Assembly: GCF_001194135.2 (NCBI RefSeq)
Contig: NC_068997.1
Coordinates: forward strand, 32,993,169 to 33,040,074
Origin: Octopus bimaculoides
Taxonomy: Eukaryota
DNA length: 46,906 nt
Reading direction: 5' to 3'
Position numbers and translations under genes: made by a program. Shown here one piece after another: positions 12,396-25,181 of the stretch (position 1 is the first letter of the stretch; each line of letters starts with the position of its first letter). Below the pieces are notes generated by a model. The model was not told the origin of the DNA. It was given only the letters and a program-made list of their open reading frames with translations, and did no database searches.

Positions 12396-12600
12396 TATTT
12401 GTGTATCTGTGTTTGTCTCCCTGTCATGGCTTTAATCTGATGTTGGTGTGTTTACATCCCCGTAACATAGCGGTTCGTCAAAAGAGACTGATAGAATAAG
12501 TACTAGGCTTGCAAAGAATAGGTCCTGGGGTCGATGTATTCGACTAAAAGGTGGTGCTCCAGCATGGCCGCAGTCAAATGACAGAAACTAGTACAAGAAA
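12396..12600 (+). mobile_element. SINE 3' part
   Basis: Same family as 10321-10529. Confidence 0.85.
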
Positions 12601-12624
12601 AAATGTCTTACTTTTTTCTATGTA

Positions 12625-15096
12625 TGAATGAGCTACTCCGTGTCGAACACAGGAATGATATTTGATCACTTTATAGAGCGTCTGGGTGTCGGTTTGATGT
12701 CTGGGTAGAAGCTCCTTTAACCTTGGCTGGTAATCTACCTAGGAGAAGGAAATCTCCAAACTAAAACCTGAGGTCTTGGAAGTTCCTGGTTTTGCCAATT
12801 TTCATGTCACACCGGTGAATGTCTTCTTGGTCCAATAGGCGGGGATAGTGCAGTGCAAGCTACACCCACTGAAAATTATTCATATACACAAGTAATTCCT
12901 GTACACCAAATCTTAGTAAAATCATTGAATTGGTTGGCAGAAACTTTGAAATGCACTTGCAATTTACTCTAAAATATCTCAAACAGATTCAGTAAACGGA
13001 AAAAAAGGCTTGGGAACATCAGGGGAACAGGTGTAGTTTGGCAGGTTTCCCAGAGTGTCACAGGCTGAACCCGGTCGTCATCCTGCCACTGTGGTCAAAC
13101 AATCTTCAAGAAGAAGTAAAATTCCTCTGAATTTGGGCTGTTGGAATGTGCGCACACTCTTGATGATAATTTCACGAAGAGGCCAAAAAGGCATACTGAA
13201 CTTATTGCATGTGAGCTTAAAAAATATTCCCTTGGTATAGTTGCGCTCTCTGAAACTCGTCTCTCTGGTGAGGGTCAAATAAATGGATATACTTACAGAC
13301 ACACTATCTTCTAGAGAGGCCTATCTGAGGGTCAGCGTAGAGAATCTGGCGTTGGGTTTGATCTCAAGAATTCATTAGTATCCTCTATTGCAGAATTTCG
13401 AAGTGGTATATCTGACAAAACGTAGATCTCTTACCGTTGTCAGTATTTATGCACCAAAAAGACGGCGAGCTGGCAGAAACGTTAGTACACCGAGCGAAAT
13501 GCTTAGCGGTATTTCGTCTGTCTTTACGTTCTGAGTTCAAATTCCGTCGAGGTCGACTTTGCCTTTCATCCTTTCGGGGTTGATAAATTAAGTACCAGTT
13601 GCGTACTGGGGTCGATGTAATCGACTGGCCCCAGTCCCCCAAATTTCGGGTCTTGTGCCTAGTGTAGAAAAGTATTTATGCATCAACAATGTTTCATTCT
13701 GATGAAACTGTAGGACAGTTTTATGACGATCTAGCACAATTATTGAGGAAAGTACCAATTTCTGACAAGCTGGTCATATTGGGAGATTTCAACGGTAGAA
13801 CGTTTAAATACCTTCATAGTTCCAAATATGGTGTCTGAGTCTCAATGTGGTTTTCGCTCCTCCATTAGATTGTATATTTACTATCAGACAATTTCAGGAA
13901 AAGTGCATTGAACACAATCTTGCCCTATAACAGTTGATTTGAGCAAAGCATCGAACAACAGGGAATGTTTTTACTCTGACCAGACTGAAACGAAGATTCT
14001 TACTTCACTCATTTGGAAACTCTTATACGTTGACGATTGCGATCTAGTCAGTCATTCTGAAAGTTCTGCAATCTCTTGTATCTGCATTTGACTCAGTTTG
14101 TGATGATTTTGGCTTGACCATCAACTTGAAAAAAAAAAAACGGTTGTAATGTATCAACCCGCATGTGGTGCTGTTTGCAACCCCACTAAAATTTTTGTTA
14201 AGGGAAAGTTACTTGAGGTTGTTGATTATTTCATCTACCTTGGAAGCTCTGTACAAAATGATGGAAATCTGTACACAGAAATACATCTGCGAATTCAAAG
14301 AGCAGCACAAGCATTTGGTGGTTTGGAGTGACGTGTTTGACGCCAACGGCATATAAATAACAACACAAAATTGGCTCCTTATGAATTGTTTGTCTTACCA
14401 TCCATGTTGTATTCTTCTGAAACATGGGCATGTTATGAAAGACATTTCAAATTGTTGGAACAATTCCACCAAAAATGCCTTCATCGCATTTTAAACATTA
14501 AATGGAGTTCTTTTTCTCTAAACACAGATGTCCTTGCGTTTGCAGGCATCACTTCAATTAAAGCAATGATTCTGAAAAACCAAATGAGATAGTGCGGCCA
14601 CATTGTTCAAATGCTGAATGAACGCACACCCAAACAGCTGTTTTATGGTGAGCTTGCAGAGGGGAAACGCTATCGGTGTAAACCTAAAAAGAGGTTTAAG
14701 GATGGCATAAGGACTACCATGAAGTTACTTGGAATAGATCCAGGGGACATAGAAACTTTTGCTTCGGATCGAACTGGGTGGTGGAGTAGAGTGAAAGCGT
14801 TTGAAGAGGCCAGGATAACGCGTGCAAGACTCAAGAAAGATTTCAAGAAGGACGTTACGATGGAGAAGGTGAATCACAATGGCCTTTTTGTGTGCACAGT
14901 CTGTGACGGACCATGCCTTTCTTTTACTGGGCTCAAATCTTATTTGCAGACCCATGAAAAAAGAACCTCCACCAACTATTTTGCCTATATGTCTGTGCAC
15001 ACCTTTAGGTGTCATGTATGCCATAAGGTCTGCAAATCCAACGGAAGCCTCAAAAGATCAGAATTTAACTGCAGCCATTCTGAGGCACTGCCTTGA
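12625..15096 (+). mobile_element. RTE-clade LINE, degraded and internally deleted
   Basis: 5'UTR motif CTAGGAGAAGGAAA. APE motifs GCWNVRTLL, VALSETRLSGEG, SIYA, VILGDFNG. RT motifs CGFR, LLYVDDC, FIYLGS. Downstream LYSSETW, PKQLFYGEL..PKKRFKD and two decayed C2H2 fingers. Many stops and frameshifts. Confidence 0.9.
13454..13670 (+). mobile_element. Full-length tRNA-derived SINE with 12-bp TSD, inserted in the RTE endonuclease domain
   Basis: Box A TGGCAGAAACGTTAG, box B GAGTTCAAATTCC, core CCTTTCATCCTTTCGGGGTTGATAAA (Meta-like domain, from memory). TSD AGTATTTATGCA at 13442-13453 and 13671-13682. Confidence 0.92.
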
Positions 15097-15355
15097 AAAC
15101 TTGTTAGTCGAATGAATCGACCAGAGTACTTTTTTTAAAAGCCTGGTACTTCTTGCGGCNNNNNNNNNNNNNNNNNNNNNNNNNNNNNNNNNNNNNNNNN
15201 NNNNNNNNNNNNNNNNNNNNNNNNNNNNNNNNNNNNNNNNNNNNNNNNNNNNNNNNNNNNNNNNNNNNNNNNNNNNNNNNNNNNNNNNNNNNNNNNNNNN
15301 NNNNNNNNNNNNNNNNNNNNNNNNNNNNNNNNNNNNNNNNNNNNNNNNNNNNNNN

Positions 15356-15388
<33 letters not shown>

Positions 15389-16562
15389 ATATATTCCATA
15401 TATGTATGTATGAATATACACAGAGACAGCCGATTGAAAAATATCAGGTATTCTTGCCAAAAATATTCCATAACACTCACAAACCTACTTCTCCCTTCTT
15501 TCACAATTGTTCTATCAATTAGTGCTGTATAGAAATAATTGGTAATATAGTGTTATTATGCTACATTGAATTGTGTCTAAGTATATTGATTATTTATCAC
15601 AGCATACTACATACGTGATTTGGTAAGGTGGAGTACACAATATATTTATACAAATGAGGACGTAGTCTATAGTTCTATGATTCTAGAGAAACACTTGGAA
15701 GGAATTTGTCATTGTAGCAATATACAATATATCTTAAATCAATTTGGTTTTAATTTTGTGTTTCAGCTTGGAAGACATCTATCTCGCATACAACATGATT
15801 TATGTTTTTCTGTTTAATCAATAGTAGAAGTCTTAATTACTTAAGACTTCTACTATTGATTAAACAGAAATAGGAACTTATTTATATGAATTATGCTGTT
15901 ATGAGAAGCTATGCACCATCATCATCAACACTATTGTTAGCCATTAGCATCATCGGCAATTTTCTGTTGTTCAATTCCTTCATAGTGCAGACCCATATGC
16001 AAAGTCATTCCAGTCACATTATCATATCACTTTTCTTTCTGTTTATCTGCGACTATATTATCCAGTGTCTTATTCTCTTGTTAAAAACGTCGACTTTTAA
16101 TTTGAGTGAGATCAGGTTATTATTTTTAGTTAGTTGATCTGCATATTTAGATGTTCCATGATCGGTTCATCCGAAGCTGTGAAGCCCATTGCACTTCAAA
16201 GTCAGCTGACCGATCGCACGTTTACTTCTTCTATGCCATCTTTGGCAGTATAAGTGTTTTACACCCGACCCATCAGAAACAGCTTAGTAGGTGGCTGAAG
16301 CATCCTCTTAGGTATGTCCTTTCACATCCTGGGACAAAAACTAAACATATTGTATAATGAATAGTATGCATGTTAATGTAGACGTGTAAACATAATTTAC
16401 TGCACACAGAAATCATTACTACACGAAGAAGGTTGCGGAACAGCCGTAACCTTAAGGATGTCAAGTGGTTAAATCAATATTCACGTCTCATACCACCGGA
16501 CTTTTATGGTTTACACACACACACACACACACATACACACGCACGCACGCACACGCGCGCAC

Positions 16563-16593
<31 letters not shown>

Positions 16594-16594
<1 letters not shown>

Positions 16595-17748
16595 CGTATT
16601 GCGCGGCTTATAAGACTCACCCCAATTTAGATGCATTAGACGCACCCCAATTTAGAAAGTAATAATCAGAATAAAAAAATGTCTAATACCAAGTAATAAA
16701 TATTTACTCCGTTAGCGAACGCCAGTAAAAGCCTGACTCAGCTTATACATACAGCTATGACTTCGGAGCATTAAATATTATGTTAAATCTATTGGAGTTC
16801 TTTGCTTTTATTTTAAAAACACTGTCATTAGATTATTGAGGAAATAAAAGGGAAAAAAAAAAACTATAATTTTATTCATCTTTCAAACCCAGAAAAGTCA
16901 CTGCTGTCATCTTGAAAACCAGAAAAATCAGTTTTCATTATTCCGACGATCACTTTCAGTGTAGCGCTCTGCATTCACACAATCGGGATCATTAATATCA
17001 GACTCTGAAGTAACCTCATAAACATCTTCTGTTCCATCTAAGACATTACTTTAGATTTAAAAGACTTCACAATAGTCTCAGTTTTCACCATTTGGCAAAT
17101 CTGTGTAATAGATGTTTTTTTTTTTCATTCTTCCATCATGTGGAATTTTCATCCATTTATTCCATTCTTCCCCCATAAATCCTTTGAAGGGCTTGCTAAT
17201 TGACACATCCAGGTATTGTAGTTGAGGAGTCAGACCTCCAGGAATTACAACAAGTTGTGTTTTTAACGGTGAAACAGTTGCTGGTGGCTGAGTTGCTGCT
17301 GTGTGCGCAACTCTATATAGTGAGGGTCTCAGAGTGCATACTGATGCGTCTTTGTCAGTGATCTCAGTATAAACAAAAATGGCTGCTTCAGCTGTTGTTG
17401 GGCCACCATATTTGCTTGGCAATATTTGACACTGTAAATAACATAGCATACGGTAAATATGATTATTGGTATCTAGTAGTAAAGTGAAAATACCCAGCAA
17501 GTACTAACAATAGTGTAATATACTGGGGGTTTAAAAATCTTATCCCTATAACTAAAACACAAAAAATCTCTCAAATGTCATCATTTCTAAAAAATAAACT
17601 TGGCATCAATTCTAAAAATAGCCAAACACCTACTGCTGCTGTCCAAAGGAATAGGTATAAAAGACAGAAAACCAGCCAGTTTGTCACAGTCTGTTACAGT
17701 CTGTCAGACGTAGGCCATGATGAATACCACAAGGTATGAAAATACGTA
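16594..17748 (-). mobile_element. pogo/Tigger-type DNA transposon, internally deleted
   Basis: DDE_1 motif VVIPGGLTPQLQYLDVSISKPFKGFMGEEWNKWM, then TETIVKSFK..SNVLDGTED. Ends resemble CCGTATTGCGCGGCTTATAAGAC (left) and GAAAATACGTA (right, partial). Confidence 0.8.
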
Positions 17749-18185
17749 TTCGCCTTTATATATTTAATTCTTTATATTGAACACTCAATATTTCATATAT
17801 TCAATAAGACATTCAATACTTCATTTCATTGTACCATCCATTTTTATATTATATATTATATATTCCATATTCTATATCCCACATTAATTTTACAAGAATA
17901 TAAATACAACATAAAAAACAGACAGAGTTGGAACTCTTAAATAAAATAATATATTCCTCTATACACGATCATACAAAACCCTTTTTTGTATTTATTTTTA
18001 CTCACACACACACACACACACNNNNNNNNNNNNNNNNNNNNNNNNNNNNNNNNNNNNNNNNNNNNNNNNNNNNNNNNNNNNNNNNNNNNNNNNNNNNNNN
18101 NNNNNNNNNNNNNNNNNNNNNNNNNNNNNNNNNNNNNNNNNNNNNNNNNNNNNNNNNNNNNNNNNNNNNNNNNNNNNNNNNNNNN

Positions 18186-18239
<54 letters not shown>

Positions 18240-18245
18240 GTGTGT

Positions 18246-18545
18246 GGAGGCGCAATGGCCCAGTGGTTAGGGCAGTGGACTCGCGGTCGGAGGATGGCGG
18301 TTTCGATTCCCAGACCTGGCGTTGTGTGTGTTTATTGAGCGAAAACACCTAAAGCTGCACGAGACTCCGGCAGGGGGTTGTGGCGACCCGTGTTATCCTC
18401 TTTCGCCCCAACTTTCTCACTCTTCCTTCCTTTTTCTACGATGGACTGGACATCCAGTTCATCTGGGAGGAACACAGACGCCATAGAAACCGGCAAACCG
18501 GGCCCATGAGCCTGGTTAGGCTTTAAAAGGGCGCATAAATAAATA
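18246..18545 (+). mobile_element. tRNA-derived SINE
   Basis: Box A TGGCCCAGTGG, box B GGTTTCGATTCC, AT-rich tail TAAATAAAT; sits after a (CA)n tract. Confidence 0.8.
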
Positions 18546-19185
18546 AATATATATATATTGTAGACGTAACGAAACGCGCAAACTCGCACACACTCACATA
18601 AACTTACACTCACATACGCACACACACACTGACACACACATTTTTTGATATTTCTTTTAACTTTTAACGGACTGAGAAGTCGTTAAGCTGGTAATACCAA
18701 TTTATTTACCAAAACCTTTACCAGAGATGACTTAAGTAAAATTTTAATTCTGTTTTCCTCTTATTTGATGCTGTTGTTATTGTCATTTAACGAAGTATAC
18801 CCAGAAAAAACGTAGAACAATGTTTCAAATATATAACAAAAACAATACGTTGTTTCGTTTTGATATTACATAATTGGCGGGAAATACAGATAAAACTTTG
18901 TCGAGGTGACAAAATGTTCTTTTGTGAAAAGAAACTAGTTTTTGTCAGCTTATTTGTATAACATTCAAATATAGGTTTATGATTCGTTACGTCTACAATT
19001 CTGAATGATTTTGAAACTACTCAGAATTGTACAGATTTCACATATTTCTAAATTTTGATTTATTTATTCATTCATTCATCTCACGAAAATTCACTCTAGA
19101 TTATTTACTCCAGGCATGTGGTGTCACACATTTTTAGTACACCCTCTCTTCCAAATCTACTATATATCCCTCCCCACGCACGCAT

Positions 19186-19228
<43 letters not shown>

Positions 19229-19229
<1 letters not shown>

Positions 19230-19448
19230 CACGTGACCGATCAGATTTTGTTACACATCACTGATCACAATGCGCCTATCCCCGTTTTAGCCTTCAGATG
19301 ACACCACGCTGCTCACTTGAGGAGCAATCCAATATTATACCCACCCCACTCCACCATTGCTCAAGAACACAACACACCACCCGGTCTGGGAATCAAACCA
19401 GGATCCAGCGATCGTGAATACAACAGCCTGACCACTAAACCATGCACC

Positions 19449-19449
<1 letters not shown>
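19229..19449 (-). mobile_element. tRNA-derived SINE (CORE-like)
   Basis: Minus strand GGTGCATGGTTTAGTGGTCAGG, GGTTTGATTCCC and GTGTTGTGTTCTTGAGCAA. Confidence 0.7.
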
Positions 19450-19498
<49 letters not shown>

Positions 19499-19549
19499 TG
19501 TACACTAACAAAGATTTGTGCGTACGTATATATTATTCACATATACATA

Positions 19550-19587
<38 letters not shown>

Positions 19588-21369
19588 AACAAATAGTAAA
19601 TGAGTATATGCATATATACGTACAGGTATGTGCATACCGACATCCACCTGTATGTATAGGTGCATATCTGGGTACAGGACATTGCAAACAAACGTAGACG
19701 AGAACACACGAGCCACATAGAGAACATTCTCCTTCATCAGCCACCCACGTTTTAACACTGGCGTTTCGACGGGCTTGGGCAGGACGCATCGCTAAAACGG
19801 CTCGTCCCATGGATCGCAGATTAAATTTGTATACGCAAATTAAATCTAGCCATGGAGGAATGTAGTGGCGGACAAAAAACAAGACAGGAAAACAAACAGA
19901 AAAGGCTTTACGGCCAGACGAGAAAAATTATATATATGTATATATATATATATATACTTTATTAATAAAGCTGCAAAGACCATATTTACATACTCACACA
20001 CACACGCATAGATACAGACGTACATACATATACAAATTATGTAAGAACAGAAAGGTATATTTGATCAAAGTTTCTGTTTCTACAATTGTTTCTGCATGAA
20101 GAAATTCCTAAGGAAACCAAACGTTCGAAAGAGCTTACTTTGAGTCGATTCATATATGATGTAGGCCCATGCCTTTCCATCTCATGCTTTCTTTGAATAT
20201 CATGAAATTATGAAACCAGTGAGATAAAAGCAAGTACTTTTTTTTAAAAATTCAAGTTCATTTATAATTTCTTAAATTTTGAAAATATACAAAATGTAAT
20301 ATGAAAATTTATTAGTATCCCTTTATTCTCTCCATTTTATAAACCTCCTTCTTGATCAGTACCTAGAATTTCAAGCTGACCAATAATTTTGGTGAACTCA
20401 TCACTTTGTGATTTAACAAAAATCTACTGAGAATCAAAATAGGGTTAATCCATTTTTTTAGTGGAAGCTAAGGCACTAAATATAGTTTCGCTTCATAGTG
20501 AACCATACTGATACAAGGTGTCATGGTTGAGTAAAATATGCTTTGGGGGCTGTCGATTTATGTGTTGTAAACTCTGCTATGCTTCATGCATTTCGTTTCG
20601 TTTCGAGGTACCAGATTAAAGGTCTACGCAACTTCATTTAATCGAACAACAACAAAACTGTTTTCTTGAAGTGCCTCAGCCTCCTGTCCAAGTGATGTTC
20701 GCTACTTACACTCGTACATAAACCAGTGTTAGCGTTCTTGGAATTCAGGAAATAATTGTATTTTTAAACTTCACTCTTCGATTTACTATATTTAGTTTGT
20801 AAAACCTGGCTTCGACAGGTCTTCGAAACTAAACAGCGGATTCCACCAATTGGATATTTACCTACATTACAAATAACAGAGACTACAAGGCATCATTTCA
20901 GCCACCAACAGCACAAGAATAACAAGCCATGCAGATTATTTTCTCCACGTGTTCATTTGACCCACTAGAAATAACAGCAAATCTACTCTTAAACCATACT
21001 CTTCACTCTTGTAAAACAAAGGACACATTAAACTATGTGGTAAACGACTAAATGTTCATGAGTGGAATGCGTTTATTCATAAGTGTCCTCAGTCAAATGA
21101 GACCCAATGATTAACTACATCTTTCGACAACACAGATTTTTAATCTTTACCACTTGAAATAGATAAAGCCCACATGAGACTTTGATCACGTGACCCTAAA
21201 CAAAGACGACAATCAAATCAAATCAGAAGGAAGATAAAATGAAGGCTGTGGAAGTTTTCGTTAATTAACGATAATTAACTTGTGATTCGGTAATGAACCT
21301 ATAATCAAATAGTTAACTAATTAACTTATTTAACCATATTGAATTAAATCTTTGCACTGATGTGACATC

Positions 21370-21407
21370 AGCTCTACTTCCACTACTACTACTGATACTA
21401 CTTCTAT

Positions 21408-21451
<44 letters not shown>

Positions 21452-21659
21452 ATACTACTACTATCACTACTACCACTACTACTACTACCACCACCACCAC
21501 CATTACTACTACTACTACCACCATCACTACTACTACTACTACTACAACTGTTGTTTCTGTTAATGATGAGGATCAAGATGATGATGAGGGTAATTATTGT
21601 TATCATTATTATTATCCTTCTAATGATTATCATATTCATCATTATCATCATCATCATCA

Positions 21660-21702
<43 letters not shown>

Positions 21703-21722
21703 GACAACGACGACGACGACGA

Positions 21723-21809
<87 letters not shown>

Positions 21810-21835
21810 TGATGATGATGATGATGATGACTACT
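21370..21835. repeat. Compound trinucleotide microsatellite (CTA/CCA, ATC/ATT, GAC, GAT)
   Basis: Successive trinucleotide blocks; the source of the poly-L/I/V/T/S pseudo-ORFs. Confidence 0.95.
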
Positions 21836-22289
21836 TTTGATAGTGTCGAATTTTTAATTAACATCCAAGACTACTTCATTGCCCAAACTGAAACCACCAC
21901 AATGCCACCACAATGCCATGACACCCATCCAGCATACTGCGTCACTACACGATTACGAACCCACTAAACAGCTTCGGTAGGTAACTCACTTTGCAAGAAA
22001 TAACCGCTAACTTTCCCTCAGATCATAGTATCCTGTCTTTAAGAACGGAAGAACACATTGAACAATGAAATCCTGATACACTATGCTTTAAAAAACATAT
22101 GGTCATGACTGATAAGCTTTCAAACATAGATTTTACAATCCTGATAGGAAATTTAAGAACACAATATATTTTAAATGTAAACTGAAAATGTTTACGCTGT
22201 GTGCGTGTGTTTGTGTGTGTGTAAGGCAAGTTTTACTTGACGCCTCAGTGAATACACTCAAGAATAACAAGAGACTGACACGATCAAAA

Positions 22290-22690
22290 TGAAAGTGATT
22301 GTGGCAAGATGTCCTGTGAGACACATAGACTTGGTAACTTCATTGATGTACTTCTAAAATCTATTCTTAAGTATGTACCGAGCTTCATAAGAGATTACTT
22401 GGACTTTTTAAACCATCCATTTCCTGAGCAAAACCTGCATGGACTCTCTACTTGTCTCAGTCGATGTAATACATCTTTACACCTTAATTCAACACGAATA
22501 CAAAATAAAAGCTATACAATCTCGGCTGGAAAAATTTCCAAATGACATACATGACCGAACTGGAAAAATTGAAAAATAACTTTTTTAATCATCGAAAAAT
22601 AACTTTTTTAACTTCAACGACAGCATCCAAAGACAAATATCTGCAGTAGGAACGAAGTTATCTCCCGCTTTTGTTCGCTTTATTACATTA
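22290..22690 (+). mobile_element. Penelope-like element, RT fragment
   Basis: Frameshifted THRLGNFIDVLLKSILKYVPSFIRDYLDFLNH, LLVSVDV..SLY, NNFFNFND..RQIS and GTKLSPAF, which are PLE RT motifs. Confidence 0.75.
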
Positions 22691-22729
22691 ACGAACACAC
22701 CAGACTGAGAGAAATCCAGTCACAATGCT

Positions 22730-22842
22730 TCGGTCGACCAAGAACTATAGTAAAAGAGACTTGCTCAAGGTGACACGCTGTAGGATTGAGCCCGGAAACA
22801 TTTCGTTGGGCAACAAGGTTCTACTACACAGTCACACGGCTT
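22730..22842 (-). mobile_element. Decayed SINE head
   Basis: Similar to 12231-12391 (ACTTGCTCAAGGTG..GATTGAGCCCGGAA). Confidence 0.6.
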
Positions 22843-22862
22843 CTATATATACATACATACGT

Positions 22863-22898
<36 letters not shown>

Positions 22899-22958
22899 NN
22901 NNNNNNNNTGTGTGTGTGTGTGTGTGTATGTGTGTGTGTGTGTGTATAAATATATATA

Positions 22959-23787
22959 CGAGGTCTGATCAATAAGTATCTGGACCGTTGCCGTAGTAAC
23001 GAAGCTAAGTTTTACAGTTCCAGCTCTATTCCGCTGTTTACAGCAGTGCTTGATAGAAACGTGTGTAGCGTGTGATCGTCGCATTGACCATGATTGAGAA
23101 AGTTGTCCTGGTGACACCTGCTCCGAGGCCTACTCAAAGATTCAGAAAGTGTATGGAGAGGAGCATATGAGCCGCACACGAGTGAATGAGTGGTTCAGAC
23201 GTTTCCAAGGTGACCAAAAAATGCCGCTATTGACCAACGTTCTGCGAGACTTTCAGCCAGTAAAACTGAGAAAAAGCATCGCAGATATGGGTGCAGCTGT
23301 GAAGGGAAATCGTCGAATCACCATTGGTGAGTTATCAGAGGATATGCAGATTAGTTATGGTCCAGTTCAGTTCATTATCACTGAAGATTTAGATAAGAGA
23401 CGCGTGTCTACCACATTTGTGCCAAAATTGCTTTCAGCAAACCAAAAAGACACTCGGGTTTCAGTAGCACAAGATCTCCTTGATTGTATCGAGAACGATG
23501 AAAAGTTTTTGAAAATTTTTGTAGGCCTCTGAACAGGTATCGCCAAGCTTTTGGCAAAATTCGATGCAGATTCTCTGCTCAACATTCTCTGTCATGTTCA
23601 ATGCGACGATCACATATTACATACCTTCCTTCCAAGCATTGCTGTAAGCAGCGGAAGTGAGCTAGAACGTTAAAACTTAGTGCGTATGCACAGCACAGTT
23701 CAACGTCGATCTGTTTCAAGCGGTTTTAGTCTGCGCGCTTCAGCCTCGTTATTATGGCAACAGTCCGGATACTTATTGATCAAACCA

Positions 23788-23789
<2 letters not shown>
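22959..23789. mobile_element. mariner derivative composed of two inward-facing 5' ends
   Basis: TIRs CGAGGTCTGATCAATAAGTATC (22959, after TA) and GATACTTATTGATCAAACCATG (to 23789). Plus strand encodes the transposase N-terminus (YGEEHMSRTRVNEWFRRF..FVPKLL..ENDEKFLK). Minus strand 23510-23595 encodes MTENVEQRICIEFCQKLGDTCSEAYKNFQK. Confidence 0.88.
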
Positions 23790-23845
<56 letters not shown>

Positions 23846-24374
23846 NNNNNNNNNNNNNNNNNNNNNNNNNNNNNNNNNNNNNNNNNNNNNNNNNNNNNNN
23901 NNNNNNNNNNNNNNNNNNNNNNNNNNNNNNNNNNNNNNNNNNNNNNNNNNNNNNNNNNNNNNNNNNNNNNNNNNNNNNNNNNNNNNNNNNNNNNNNNNNN
24001 NNNNNNNNNNNNNNNNNNNNNNNNNNNNNNNNNNNNNNNNNNNNNNNNNNNNNNNNNNNNNNNNNNNNNNNNNNNNNNNNNNNNNNNNNNNNNNNNNNNN
24101 NNNNNNNNNNNNNNNNNNNNNNNNNNNNNNNNNNNNNNNNNNNNNNNNNNNNNNNNNNNNNNNNNNNNNNNNNNNNNNNNNNNNNNNNNNNNNNNNNNNN
24201 NNNNNNNNNNNNNNNNNNNNNNNNNNNNNNNNNNNNNNNNNNNNNNNNNNNNNNNNNNNNNNNNNNNNNNNNNNNNNNNNNNNNNNNNNNNNNNNNNNNN
24301 NNNNNNNNNNNNNNNNNNNNNNNNNNNNNNNNNNNNNNNNNNNNNNNNNNNNNNNNNNNNNNNNNNNNNNNNNN

Positions 24375-24409
<35 letters not shown>

Positions 24410-24820
24410 AATTGCGCGTTCGTATGTTTGGTGAGAAAAAGCGGTAGACGTAGAGTATGCGATAGCAGTGGGAATATGTGTTCATGTGTGCATGCATTTG
24501 AGCATGCATTTGTGCGTGTATGTGTGTGTGTATGTATGTGTGTGTGTGTGTGTTCATGTGCGCATGTAAAATACATCTATATTTAACTGCTGTTTTGGAA
24601 GCATGTAATTAAATTCTTATTTACAAGAAAATGCGACTTCCCCCCTTTGCCTTCCTCTAAATTTCAAATAATGTTGCCTAAGGTGCTAAAAGTAAGAAAA
24701 TGATGGAAAACGACAAATATGACGTGCTGTGACGTCACAACGTTTCTCATTTCTTCATCTTTACTCTCAAATGTTTAAAGCTGCTGATTCAATTGAAAGA
24801 CAACTTACGCACACACACAC

Positions 24821-24914
24821 TAACATACACACACTAACATACACACACTAACATACACACACTAACATACACACACTAACATACACACACTAACATACAC
24901 ACACTAACACACAC
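24821..24914. repeat. 14-bp minisatellite (TAACATACACACAC) x6 plus a partial copy
   Basis: Six exact copies at 24821-24904. Confidence 0.9.
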
Positions 24915-25181
24915 TCCTTGGTAGACGTTCTACTTTGCCACCATGTTTGCTGATGACTTCGGTGAACATTGATGTCATTATAACTGTACTTTTATTTTAT
25001 ACGTTTCATCTGTTCAACCTCAAACGATCTCAAATCTGTGAGTTTTAAACCTATGTGTGTTCGTTTACAATTCTAAAGCAGGATGTCGTGGTTGCACAAC
25101 CTCCAGGCCAAATCTGATACAACAGATCTAACTTATTTCGTCTTTTATGAGTCTCTTGCTGTACATGATCGAATGTCTTAC

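Noticed and set aside
13454-13560. tRNA genes at SINE heads (also 18246, 43831, 12231, 39060)
   Set aside because: A and B boxes are present, but they continue into SINE bodies and I cannot fold complete cloverleaves.
14860-15096. Host C2H2 zinc-finger gene
   Set aside because: In frame with the RTE RT tail, and the His ligands are decayed; part of the LINE.
16151-16311. Plus-strand pseudo-exon TTTAG|ATG..TAG|GTATGT; similar ones at ~43251-43295 and ~43416-43547
   Set aside because: Short, with weak splice context, no recognisable peptide, and expected by chance.
19727-19770. Hammerhead-like pieces (minus strand CGAAAC..CTGATGA); also CTGATGAAGG..CGAAC at 39284
   Set aside because: Stems II and III cannot be closed and there is no valid cleavage triplet.
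21313-21967. 183-aa and 201-aa homopolymer ORFs
   Set aside because: Translations of a trinucleotide array in stop-free frames, with no domain content.
24821-24914. CRISPR-like array
   Set aside because: Contiguous 14-bp units without spacers, in eukaryotic DNA.
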